From IMG/VR virus record IMGVR_UViG_3300020045_012128, positions 1 through 37,855 of that record: 37,855 bases of DNA; one strand, written 5' to 3'. A model generated the notes under the pieces. That model was given only the letters and a program-made list of their open reading frames with translations, did not search any database and was not told the DNA's origin. The position numbers were made by a program, and so were the translations under genes. This document shows positions 18,630 to 27,845 of the stretch, piece by piece (position 1 is the first letter of the stretch; every line of letters starts with the position of its first letter). This stretch comes from a virus. Its lineage: Duplodnaviria > Caudoviricetes.

Positions 18630-19573
18630 TAGATACCTGTTCTAATAACTTGAGTTTCAGGTCTAGCAACAATAGTTCCACCATGTCTAGAGTGACAAGG
18701 GATCTGATAAGCTAAGCTCTTCCACTGTGGAGTAAGCATTTGGAAATCCAGCGGGATTTCTTGCCAGAAGTCATCTTCACGTTTTCTGTAAGCAATCATT
18801 CCGTCTAATGATCCGAATGCGCCTTTTAATTCATTAGCCCATTCAATGCTTACATTAGGATTGTTTCTTGAGAAATATTCAAGAACAGTTAAATCGGATC
18901 CCGAACCAATCCTTAACCCTTGGATTAATGTATATTGAGCTAAAGGCATTACAATAGTATCAGCTACATATAAGCCATCTGAAGTAAGTTCAGTAGCGTG
19001 TGCTATCTCGTTTAAGTCTCTTACAATCAGCATAGGATCAGTAACTTCTTTATAAGTCCAAAGTCTATGTGCTGAAGTATCACCTTCTACAGGTTGGGAA
19101 GAAATATAAGGATTATTTAACCAACCATTTAGGCCGCACTCTGCAATACCAAAAAACGCAGTGTTGTTCATCCATACTAAGTGTGATTCTAACGCAGCTC
19201 TTGCTTTCATTCCGAAGATATCTTTTGAAGCAAATCTAGCTGCAGCTAGGTCTTGGACTGATATAATAAAGCTAGCACCAAATGACCTAATAGGATTGGT
19301 AGCAATTTTACCCATCACCTCAACAGTAGGCAGATCGTCAGCATAGTTACTTATGACTTTACCGTTGTTAGTTCTATCATACATAGTATAAGTAACTGTT
19401 TCCGCACCTGGATCAGTAGTTCTGCTAACCGGTATTAATTCATTAGCTTTTAAAATAGGAAGAGGACGATCATAAAGAGTCGTCTTCATTCTATTTAATT
19501 CATTCATGAAGAAAATAGTTTCCGCAGCATCAAAGTGTGTAAGATTAGTATTATTATGTAAAAAGTTATTCAT
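18629..19573 (-). CDS. Major capsid protein (DUF2184/HK97 fold)
   Basis: 314 aa; LIPV....PGAE..TY...YADDLP...FFG....GL.G.LN.P...R.GG.....P. Confidence 0.92.
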   Translation of the reverse strand: MNNFLHNNTNLTHFDAAETIFFMNELNRMKTTLYDRPLPILKANELIPVSRTTDPGAETVTYTMYDRTNNGKVISNYADDLPTVEVMGKIATNPIRSFGASFIISVQDLAAARFASKDIFGMKARAALESHLVWMNNTAFFGIAECGLNGWLNNPYISSQPVEGDTSAHRLWTYKEVTDPMLIVRDLNEIAHATELTSDGLYVADTIVMPLAQYTLIQGLRIGSGSDLTVLEYFSRNNPNVSIEWANELKGAFGSLDGMIAYRKREDDFWQEIPLDFQMLTPQWKSLAYQIPCHSRHGGTIVARPETQVIRTGI

Positions 19574-19591
19574 TTTTTTTTATTTCTTTAA

Positions 19592-20059
19592 TTATTGTTG
19601 AAATCCAGGGATAAGCTCAAGCTCAAATAATGCTGTACCTGTTAAACCATCAGATGTTCCACTTGATTTGAATCTACCGATTACAATCTGATCTGAAGTT
19701 GAAACGTTAGTAATATTGTTAGTAACTTGGTTTAGATAAGCATTTTGTCCAGCAATAACCGTTAATCCTGTTACTAAACGTACCCAAACACTACCGACAT
19801 CCATTACACTAACCATGCTTCCTATTTGATAGGTGCCATCTATTGGAATTGGACTGCGAGCTGAAACTCCGAAAAATTTAACTGTACGCCCTACATCTGC
19901 AACAAAATTTTTACATTGAGTTTCTGGATTAGTTCCACGCATTAAGGGACGACCGAACTCAATTGTCTGTTCTGCCGCAGAACTTAAAATATTTCTTGGT
20001 GTAGTATCAGCTATCTGCCCTACTAAACATTTAGTGATTGTACTTCCTGCTAATGTCAT
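19592..20059 (-). CDS. Capsid decoration/cement protein, paralogue 1
   Basis: Between scaffold and MCP; I.FG...V.V...G.VWV; shares PLMRGTN.ETQCK and LELIPGF with its neighbour. Confidence 0.75.
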   Translation of the reverse strand: MTLAGSTITKCLVGQIADTTPRNILSSAAEQTIEFGRPLMRGTNPETQCKNFVADVGRTVKFFGVSARSPIPIDGTYQIGSMVSVMDVGSVWVRLVTGLTVIAGQNAYLNQVTNNITNVSTSDQIVIGRFKSSGTSDGLTGTALFELELIPGFQQ

Positions 20060-20625
20060 TATTTTTTCTCTTTTTGTTTTTTAAAATTAACTTCTAAAGT
20101 TTTTTCCTTAGATACTTCTTTGTTAGCTTGAGTTGCAGGGATATTTTCTGAAAACCCTGGTATAAGTTCAAGCACAAAAACTGATACATAATCTTCATTT
20201 ACACCACCGGTTAAAAACTTACCGATCGGTAATGACTGAAATTGATCTACATAAACGTTCGTGATTTTATCAAGCAATGTATCTATATAAGCTGTATCTC
20301 CTACTGCTATAGTTAACGAACCATAAAGGGGGGCATATATTTTACCCGCATGAACTACTGTCACGGGTGTATACTGAGTATAATAACTTTGTGGTCTAGT
20401 TGCCGAATAAGCAGGAGTAACCTGAAGGTGTGAAAACCCAGCGATTCCAATCATTTCATCCGTAATGCCACCATTATAGACTTTACATTGAGTTTCCTTA
20501 TTAGTACCTCTCATCAATGGAGAGCCAATCGGTATATCTTCTTCAGCAAATAATGACCAAGTTGTTCTTTCAGAACCGTCATAAAACTGTCCTACAATTC
20601 CTTTTCTTGCTTTCGATACAAGCAT
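20059..20625 (-). CDS. Capsid decoration/cement protein, paralogue 2 (start revised to 20625)
   Basis: GAGG RBS before ATG 20625 (MLVSKARKG), immediately after the scaffold stop; paralogous motifs as above. Confidence 0.75.
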   Translation of the reverse strand: MLVSKARKGIVGQFYDGSERTTWSLFAEEDIPIGSPLMRGTNKETQCKVYNGGITDEMIGIAGFSHLQVTPAYSATRPQSYYTQYTPVTVVHAGKIYAPLYGSLTIAVGDTAYIDTLLDKITNVYVDQFQSLPIGKFLTGGVNEDYVSVFVLELIPGFSENIPATQANKEVSKEKTLEVNFKKQKEKK

Positions 20626-20626
20626 G

Positions 20627-21733
20627 TTAAACCTCTTTTTGACGTTTTTTGATTGCATCAAATAAAGATGACGGCTTAACCTCTGTTACTTTTGAATCAA
20701 TATTTGTCATTTGCCTTTTAATAGGAGCAAATTGTGAATCTTCAATAATTGAATCAAATCTACCGGCAATATAATCATCGGACTTATCTGAAAAATCTTT
20801 ATTAACCGATATCTTAGAAGAAATAACGGCTTCCATTATTTCACGCTCTGATTTATCAATTAACGAATCGATATGTACGATACTTGAAGCTTTATTTAAT
20901 AAGATTGCTCTTTGTTTTGTTCTTTCTATAACTAATGAATCAATATTAATGCTTTTTAACTCTTCGTTCTCAGCCTTTAATTTTTCTATAGTAGAATATA
21001 AAGAATCATTATTTGAATGTACTTCATCACTTGAGTTCTTATCTTCGACGGCTTTTTTCACTTCTGCTATCCCTTCGATGATTTTCGGTACGTCAATACC
21101 TGTAACTTCTTCAGCAACTGTCTCAGCTAACTTCTCGATTTCATTAGCGATGTCATTATCTTTTTTTATTGTCATGTCTTCCTTTGTTTCTTTAATTTCT
21201 TTGCACTGAATATATGCACCATCTAAATTAAGACGTACATCGGCTCCAGCTCTTCCCTTGTCCACAAAAGCTAAGTGGTTGTAATTTATGTCTGTTTGTT
21301 TATGAGTGTATTTTTTACCGTTGTACTCTCCCACTTCTGGGATAACGGTAACAGTGTATCCGCATGATAATTCTTGCTTACCATTTTTGATCGCAGCAAT
21401 AGCATCTTTATGCGTTATATTTAAAGAAACCATAACATGGTTATCTTTAATTGAGATTGTTTCTCCGGTCATTCCAACACTTAACTTCGCTGCATTATCG
21501 GCATTAACTAACTCTAATGGATGATCGTTAGTAATAGGTAAAGATTTTAACGATTCTAAGCTTTCTTGCCTAAAAACTTCATCCGGATGTCTAAGTTCAA
21601 ACCTTTGCGTTCCGTCTAGATTGTAATATTCAAATACTCCAACTCGAGTTGCAGCCGCACGTCCTTTTAAAAACCCGTTAGCTGTTTCTGAAACTTTACC
21701 TAGTTTCAATCTATCAATACGTATTTCGGCCAA
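20627..21733 (-). CDS. Prohead protease/scaffold (DUF2213-like)
   Basis: GFL....TR.GV..Y, E.R.P.EVF..ESL.S....PIT.DHP, ELSCGY, NHLA.V..GRAG; acidic coiled C-terminus; TTG start. Confidence 0.92.
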   Translation of the reverse strand: MAEIRIDRLKLGKVSETANGFLKGRAAATRVGVFEYYNLDGTQRFELRHPDEVFRQESLESLKSLPITNDHPLELVNADNAAKLSVGMTGETISIKDNHVMVSLNITHKDAIAAIKNGKQELSCGYTVTVIPEVGEYNGKKYTHKQTDINYNHLAFVDKGRAGADVRLNLDGAYIQCKEIKETKEDMTIKKDNDIANEIEKLAETVAEEVTGIDVPKIIEGIAEVKKAVEDKNSSDEVHSNNDSLYSTIEKLKAENEELKSINIDSLVIERTKQRAILLNKASSIVHIDSLIDKSEREIMEAVISSKISVNKDFSDKSDDYIAGRFDSIIEDSQFAPIKRQMTNIDSKVTEVKPSSLFDAIKKRQKEV

Positions 21734-21767
21734 GAATATAATGTGTCTTAATTAATGTATTACTAAG

Positions 21768-21840
21768 ATTTTAACTAATTTAACATTAATGTCAACATTA
21801 TTAATAACTTATTGCAAAATTAATTTTTTTCGTATACTAT
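21768..21840. promoter_or_regulatory. Divergent sigma70-type promoters
   Basis: Minus strand: TTGACA (21795-21790)-16-TAAAAT (21773-21768) towards the capsid genes. Plus strand: TTGCAA (21812-21817)-17-TACTAT (21835-21840) towards the beta-barrel gene. Confidence 0.6.
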
Positions 21841-21869
21841 TGGCATTCCTATAAATTAAAAAAAAATAT

Positions 21870-22541
21870 ATGAAATTAAAAGCCGCTATTTTACTAATTA
21901 CTTTATTAACTAGTACTGCTCTTGCAAAAACGGGGGAGTATTATGCTAAAATAAAGGTCTCTAGACATCATCCTTCGGATATTAAAGAAATGGTGGGAAA
22001 ACCTATTGTTTTACCTGGCTTTGCTATAGGTTTTAATTTTACAGATAATGCTAGAGTAGATGTTTCTATTGACCATTTTACAGATATAAAGCATACTGCA
22101 GCTGTTGATAATGATCATCCTGTCCATTCACATATACATACAGTTAAGACTTGTTCTGCCGAAGCCTATTCACCGCCAGCCTACGACTCTATACACCCTG
22201 CATCTATTGTAGTTGAACCAAAGAGAGCTTTATGTACTCATGCTAAAATTACAACTGCAAAAGTTAATCTATTTATTGATTTAATGAAAATTAAAAAGAG
22301 TTCGGTTTTTGTAGGGGCGGGTACAGGTGTATCTAAAATATTAGGGGCTGTAACTGTTGATAAAGTTATTAAACCTATTAAACCATCGTATACAATGGCT
22401 TATGATCTGCATTTCGGTGTTGCACAAAGAATACTTGATGATGTTAATCTAGAGGTCGGATATACTTACCAATATTTAACTAATCATATTTATAATTATA
22501 AAGGGCATAGCCTTGCTAGCTCTATAAGAATAGATCTATAA
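21870..22541 (+). CDS. Outer-membrane 8-stranded beta-barrel protein (Opa/Ail superfamily; resembles Rickettsia Adr1/Adr2)
   Basis: Signal peptide ending TALA; GF.IGF.FTDNARVDV, VFVGAG.G, GVA..I.D.V.LEVGY.Y, terminal YKGHSLASSIRIDL strand; inverted relative to the head genes. Confidence 0.85.
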   Translation: MKLKAAILLITLLTSTALAKTGEYYAKIKVSRHHPSDIKEMVGKPIVLPGFAIGFNFTDNARVDVSIDHFTDIKHTAAVDNDHPVHSHIHTVKTCSAEAYSPPAYDSIHPASIVVEPKRALCTHAKITTAKVNLFIDLMKIKKSSVFVGAGTGVSKILGAVTVDKVIKPIKPSYTMAYDLHFGVAQRILDDVNLEVGYTYQYLTNHIYNYKGHSLASSIRIDL

Positions 22542-23381
22542 ATTAACAATAGCAGCTAAAGAACAACGACATTGGTAATCTTGTCCTACTTGTAAAGGAA
22601 CCCCACCAATAGAGCTCTTTTTCTTTAAGCTGCTATTTTCTTTATCTCTATAAGTTAGCGCATCTTCCCACTGACATATCTTACCATTCAGTACTCTATG
22701 ACTAGTCCTTGTACGTTCATCATTTGTCGTAAGCCAAACATACTGAGTTATACCAAGTTGTTTATGCTCATGTTTTATATAATCAGAATGTAGTTTTGCC
22801 GTTTGATCTCTAGCTATTAATCTAGCTCTATTACGTGATATATTAAATTTAGCTTGAAGTTGTTTAGTTAAATCAGGAATTGATAATCCAGACCTATAAC
22901 TACTTTCAATAATTACACCTACTTGTTCTAGCAGATCAGTTTGTATTGTTTTTATTAAACTTGTATTCGTAGATACCCAAGACTTTACCATGAGATCTAT
23001 TTGCTTATCTAGTAATGGATACTCAAAAACATTAACGCCGATACTAGGCGCAGCAACTTTAATTGATATAATATCTTTAAATGACTCATATAACTGTTTT
23101 TGGGTATAACTAGCTAATGACCTTCCATATACTAATAAGTCTCTTATTAAATAAGTATCTATAGTATTTATAAAACTAGTTATATCTTCTAAAATTCTTT
23201 GTAAGTCATCGACATAATCATCCTTTCTATAATCATTATTAATCTTATTATTAAGAAAGAATGGTTTTAGTTCTGAATTTAACATCGATATAGTAGTCTT
23301 TAACCTCTTAAGTATGTATTTCTCATACTTAAGAGTCAAAGTCTTCGGGAAAGTAATAGTCTTAGCAACTTTATAAGCCAT
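22536..23381 (-). CDS. Head morphogenesis protein (SPP1 gp7/Mu gpF)
   Basis: RARLIARDQT.K, Y.W.T..DERTR.SH..L.GK...W, G.DYQCRC. Confidence 0.95.
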   Translation of the reverse strand: MAYKVAKTITFPKTLTLKYEKYILKRLKTTISMLNSELKPFFLNNKINNDYRKDDYVDDLQRILEDITSFINTIDTYLIRDLLVYGRSLASYTQKQLYESFKDIISIKVAAPSIGVNVFEYPLLDKQIDLMVKSWVSTNTSLIKTIQTDLLEQVGVIIESSYRSGLSIPDLTKQLQAKFNISRNRARLIARDQTAKLHSDYIKHEHKQLGITQYVWLTTNDERTRTSHRVLNGKICQWEDALTYRDKENSSLKKKSSIGGVPLQVGQDYQCRCSLAAIVNL

Positions 23382-23389
23382 TAGTAAGT

Positions 23390-23632
23390 TTATGCTTCGT
23401 CTGTTGTGGTAGACTCATTGGTTGAAAGAAGAGATATTAACGATTCAGCTGAAAGCACTACCTGCTGACAGAGGCTCTGCAAACTACCACAATATTCTTT
23501 AAATTCTATAGTTGGCGTTGCATAAAAAAGTTTTTGAGCTAGATCAGCTGAATTTCTAGCTTCAATTATGTAATCATTAAATATTTTAGAGTTTTCTTTT
23601 TGCTTCTCTACATGTCCTAAAAAATCTTGCAT
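23390..23632 (-). CDS. Hypothetical helical protein (80 aa)
   Basis: ATG with GAG upstream; weak own promoter TTGATA-16-TATTAT (23697-23670). Confidence 0.65.
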   Translation of the reverse strand: MQDFLGHVEKQKENSKIFNDYIIEARNSADLAQKLFYATPTIEFKEYCGSLQSLCQQVVLSAESLISLLSTNESTTTDEA

Positions 23633-23714
23633 TATAATCTCATTTATTAATTAAAATGTATTTCATTATATAATAATTAATTTCTATAAAATATCAATTA
23701 AAATATTATAAAAA

Positions 23715-26522
23715 TCAAGCGGGAGCAAGTATTGTTACTGATCCACTACTTCCTCTATATCTTAATGATCCGGCGCTTATATATAATATTCCTCCAAGCG
23801 AAGGATTAGTAGTTGGAACAGTACGGGCATTTGCTAAACATAATACTCCTGAACCACTGCCTGTGCTGCTGGTATTAATACAGAAATTATCTGATGTAAT
23901 TAATAGATCTGTAAGAGTTACCCCTTGCGCAATTGTTGTAATTTCCCCTCTACCATTAGCTCCATATGAAGTATTGTAAACCATTTGAATTTGCTTTACA
24001 TTAGATAGAGTCCCTCCATCAGTGCAATTGATGCCACCAGATCCTACTACTTCAAGTGGATATAATGGTGAAGTTCTATTAACTCCTATTCTACCATTAG
24101 CTGCATCTAAATAAACTTTATTAGTATTAAGTATAATGCTAGCTGTGCTTTTAATTTTTGTAAGTGCTGTATTACCTAAAGTCATTGAATTACTTTCCGA
24201 CTCTATTGCATTGTAACCTACAGCATTAGCATTTATTACACCACTAACAGAAGCATCGGCTCCTGATCCTAAGAAAGTACACTGCGTGTAGTTTATTTTT
24301 GCTACTCCGGCTCCTGACCCAATAGCGGTATTAAATCCTGATCCGGCATTTAAATTATCAAGTGCAGCATATCCTACCGCTGTATTATCTGTAGTAGAAA
24401 CATTAGTATAAATGGTATAGGAACCAAGCGCAGTATTGTTGCTACCTTTATTAGCACCAAGGGAGTTATACCCTACTGCTGCGCAATTAAATGTACCACT
24501 TGCCAATATGTTACCTAAACATAATATGCCGATACCGGTATTTGATGATGAGTTAGTAAGCGCAGTGCTCCCACATGATGTACCTAGAAAAAAAGATCCT
24601 GCATTTAATCCTGAAGTACCGTAATCTATAATACGTGAGCCCCAAGATGGAGCAGATGAAGCGCCTGATATTAATAATTGATTGGATGTCACTGTTCCGG
24701 AGAGTATTGCTCCCGCAGATGCTGTAGAATAGAATATACCACCACTAGATGCAGTTAATGATGCGCTGGTACCACCATTAGCTAAGGTTGTTACACCTAC
24801 AGAGCCTGAAGGCGTAGCCCACGTGCCGTTACCACACCAAAAAGTTGTAGCTGATGCACCTGTACCATTATTTAAATTCCCGACCGGTAAATTACCTTTT
24901 ACTCCGGTCGTTAATGATACTCCTCCACATTTTGATAAATCTCCACTTACCGGAGTGCCTAATGTCGGACTAATTAAAACCGGCGAATTCGCAAGAACTG
25001 GAGTACCTGTACCTGTAGCAACCAAAAATGCAGGCGCTCCTACCCCATTTGTGGTTAAAACGGCATTATTACTCGTCGCCATCCCTTTAACTACGTTTGC
25101 TGATGAAGAATACAAAACCTGATTTGCTGTAGTTGTTGCCGGCCATGTGACTGTAGACCACGAAGGTGCTCCCGATGCTCCTGATTGCAACATTTGCCCT
25201 GCTGTTGCTGTTCCTGAAAGTATGGCTCCTGAAGTATTTGTACTATAAAATATACCACCGTTAGATGCAGTTAATGATGCTTCGGTTCCACCATTAGCTA
25301 AGGGGAGATTGCCTGTAAAGGTAATATTTGGAGTCGCTCCTCCACTAGACGTAATATTTCCCGATCCTGTTACATCTGTTACAGTACCCCCACTACCTGT
25401 AGGTGTAGACCATGTACCATCACCACGCCAATACGTAGTACCAGAAGCCGAAGTTCCGCTATTTAAATTTGTAACCGGTAAATTGCCTGTGAATGAAACG
25501 ATGGGATCTTGGCCACTTGTTACATTTATATTAGTACCACCTGTAACTGTTTTTATATATGTATTACCGATTGCAGTTACTTGCGAAACATTTGCTATAT
25601 CTGTAGGATTAACTCCTGCAGCTAAGTTTATACCTTTAAAATTATTAAAATCAACATCACCAAAATTCCCCAATCCGTTTAGCCCTAAAGCCTTAAGTGC
25701 ATCAAGATAACTTTTCGAATCTAATGAATAACCTTGAGAAGCTGTAGCTGCAGCTTCGGCTTCTATCTTTCTCTCATTTGCTGTTGCTGCTGATTTACCA
25801 GCTTCTACAGCTTCAACCGCCGCTGCATCCGCAGAACTTAAGGCTAATGTTGCCGATGCTGCTGCTCCGCTAGCTGACAAAGAAGCCGCTTCGGCTAAAG
25901 AAGACGCCGAACTTGCATAAGAGCTTGCTTGTGCCGAAGATGCTACAGCTGAAGTAGCTGCAGCTGTAGCATAACCTGACTCTTTAGATGCTGTAGCTGC
26001 AGACGTAGCCGCATCAGAAGCTGATGCCGATGCAGCATCAGCATAAAACTTCAACTGTGTACTTGTTGCATAGTCAGTACCTTCTACCGCTATTTTTAGT
26101 AAACTGCTTATTGAATCATATTTAAGCATTCCGCCAGAACTTAAATCATCAGCCGGAAGATTAGTGATATTAATTGTTTGAGTTTCTGTAGCTGTATTTG
26201 TATTATCGCCAATAAATAATTTGCCTTTTGATAGTCCTATAGATGGATTACTGATAATAATTTTATTATCAGGTGATATACTAAATATACTAACCCACTT
26301 TGTATTATCAGTACCTCCTACTAGTTGATGTAACTGCTTTATATCACGAACAAATACTTGCATTCCTTCTGTTCGACGGTCTGTAGCTATAGCATTACGC
26401 TCTGTAGTATCAGTTACAGTTCTATAGCCACCTCTGGCATATTTATCCCAATGTGTAGGGTATGTATCTAATTCGTTTGTTGTTGTTATAGTCCCTGTTA
26501 TTGGAACTGTTCCTTTACTCAT
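23715..26522 (-). CDS. Long fibre/adhesin-like structural protein (935 aa)
   Basis: Ala/Ser-rich SASA stalk (lambda Stf-like), duplicated Gly/Thr/Ser modules, NTA.G..AL beta-roll repeats, GRIGVN..SP. Confidence 0.75.
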   Translation of the reverse strand: MSKGTVPITGTITTTNELDTYPTHWDKYARGGYRTVTDTTERNAIATDRRTEGMQVFVRDIKQLHQLVGGTDNTKWVSIFSISPDNKIIISNPSIGLSKGKLFIGDNTNTATETQTINITNLPADDLSSGGMLKYDSISSLLKIAVEGTDYATSTQLKFYADAASASASDAATSAATASKESGYATAAATSAVASSAQASSYASSASSLAEAASLSASGAAASATLALSSADAAAVEAVEAGKSAATANERKIEAEAAATASQGYSLDSKSYLDALKALGLNGLGNFGDVDFNNFKGINLAAGVNPTDIANVSQVTAIGNTYIKTVTGGTNINVTSGQDPIVSFTGNLPVTNLNSGTSASGTTYWRGDGTWSTPTGSGGTVTDVTGSGNITSSGGATPNITFTGNLPLANGGTEASLTASNGGIFYSTNTSGAILSGTATAGQMLQSGASGAPSWSTVTWPATTTANQVLYSSSANVVKGMATSNNAVLTTNGVGAPAFLVATGTGTPVLANSPVLISPTLGTPVSGDLSKCGGVSLTTGVKGNLPVGNLNNGTGASATTFWCGNGTWATPSGSVGVTTLANGGTSASLTASSGGIFYSTASAGAILSGTVTSNQLLISGASSAPSWGSRIIDYGTSGLNAGSFFLGTSCGSTALTNSSSNTGIGILCLGNILASGTFNCAAVGYNSLGANKGSNNTALGSYTIYTNVSTTDNTAVGYAALDNLNAGSGFNTAIGSGAGVAKINYTQCTFLGSGADASVSGVINANAVGYNAIESESNSMTLGNTALTKIKSTASIILNTNKVYLDAANGRIGVNRTSPLYPLEVVGSGGINCTDGGTLSNVKQIQMVYNTSYGANGRGEITTIAQGVTLTDLLITSDNFCINTSSTGSGSGVLCLANARTVPTTNPSLGGILYISAGSLRYRGSSGSVTILAPA

Positions 26523-27845
26523 TTAAAAAACTCTTATTTTTAGTGCTGCATTTAATACAAAATATGAACGATAGGCATAGTAAGCTTGAGTAACTCCAAA
26601 GTCGTTTGTTACATTTACAACTTTTGGATCATCCATTGATACCTCAAGATCTGTTGCATCGTCTATGAAATTAAGTCTTTGCCCCATGTATACAGGAAAA
26701 CAAAACCATTTATACCCTCCTGATTCAGTCTGATAATCTCCATTAATATTGTCACTAAGTCTTGAGATCCTTAATGCTTTAATTGCCGTCGAATCGAGAA
26801 TAGCTGACGTACTCTCTCCAATATAAATTCTACTATAAAAAGACACAGACATTGATTTAGAAAATTCTTCATCTAACGTACTTGCTGCTGTGATTTTAAA
26901 TGAAATAGTTGTAGGAGCTGAAAAAGTAATAGTCGGAATATTTATAGAAGCAGGCACAATATTTGGCATATTATTTTCTATATTTGTAACTATCGACCCG
27001 TTAATATAATCTATTCTTATACTATTAGTTATTAAGAATTGTGGATATGTAAGTGACCAAACTGCTTGGTATAGACCAGATGCTATAGCATCTCCAACCT
27101 CAATTATTAATGCACTTAAATTAATATTAAATGAGGTAAAGACAGGCCTTTCGGCATTATATAATAATCCTGTCCATAACGAGTTTAGCGTAGTGTTTTC
27201 AAATGTAGTACCTTCAGGAAACCCGCCTACAGATGCCGGCATTGGAGCGGAGTTATTATATAAGAAAGGCTTTACTCCTCCGCCTCCACCGCTAACTGAT
27301 TTTACTCCTTGACTCTTTATATAACCTAAATCAAATTTTTTACCAAAGATCTCTATTATTAAGTGGCCAGCTTTATTAATGTAACATTTTGGATCAGGGA
27401 TTACATCGAAGGGGTTTCCTGTATCCCCTTTTAGTCCTTGATCCCCTTTGTCCCCTTTATCCCCCTTGATTGAAAGCCCACGGTCTCCTTTCTCTCCTTT
27501 TGGTAATTCAAATTCAAATTTCTTACCAAAGATCTCTATTATTAAATGACCCACTTCATTCATATAACATTTTGGATCTGGTATCGCATCAAAGGGATTT
27601 CCCGCATCCCCTTTCAGTCCTTGATCCCCTTGATCCCCTTTGTCCCCTTTATCCCCCTTGATTGAAAGCCCACGGTCTCCTTTTTCTCCTTTTGGCAATT
27701 CAAATTCAAATTCATTCCCAAGTTTGTTTTTGAATTTTAAATTATTATCCTCCCGTTTTATTGATACTATAGCATTATCTTCTTGGACTCTCTTTAAAGC
27801 CATTGATAACGTAGTTGTCATAAGATTTTGAAAATTACTGTCCAT
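26523..27845 (-). CDS. Collagen-repeat structural protein (440 aa)
   Basis: Two Gly-X-Y tracts (GEKGDRG...GDKGDKGDQG), GGGGG hinge, beta-rich C-half; overlaps the portal stop. Confidence 0.8.
   Translation of the reverse strand: MDSNFQNLMTTTLSMALKRVQEDNAIVSIKREDNNLKFKNKLGNEFEFELPKGEKGDRGLSIKGDKGDKGDQGDQGLKGDAGNPFDAIPDPKCYMNEVGHLIIEIFGKKFEFELPKGEKGDRGLSIKGDKGDKGDQGLKGDTGNPFDVIPDPKCYINKAGHLIIEIFGKKFDLGYIKSQGVKSVSGGGGGVKPFLYNNSAPMPASVGGFPEGTTFENTTLNSLWTGLLYNAERPVFTSFNINLSALIIEVGDAIASGLYQAVWSLTYPQFLITNSIRIDYINGSIVTNIENNMPNIVPASINIPTITFSAPTTISFKITAASTLDEEFSKSMSVSFYSRIYIGESTSAILDSTAIKALRISRLSDNINGDYQTESGGYKWFCFPVYMGQRLNFIDDATDLEVSMDDPKVVNVTNDFGVTQAYYAYRSYFVLNAALKIRVF
27333..27711. repeat. Tandem intragenic duplication (about 185-190 bp unit)
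   Basis: Two copies encoding FEFELPKGEKGDRGLSIKG...GNPFD.IPDPKCY.N..GHLIIEIFGKKF, one with an extra DQG triplet; boundaries approximate. Confidence 0.9.

Noticed and set aside
5505-19573. Gene transfer agent, tailocin or eCIS interpretation
   Set aside because: Head, packaging and replication genes are all present together, which indicates a self-replicating phage.
23715-27845. Diversity-generating retroelement template/variable repeats
   Set aside because: No reverse transcriptase in the window; repeat differences are not adenine-specific and both copies are in-frame coding.
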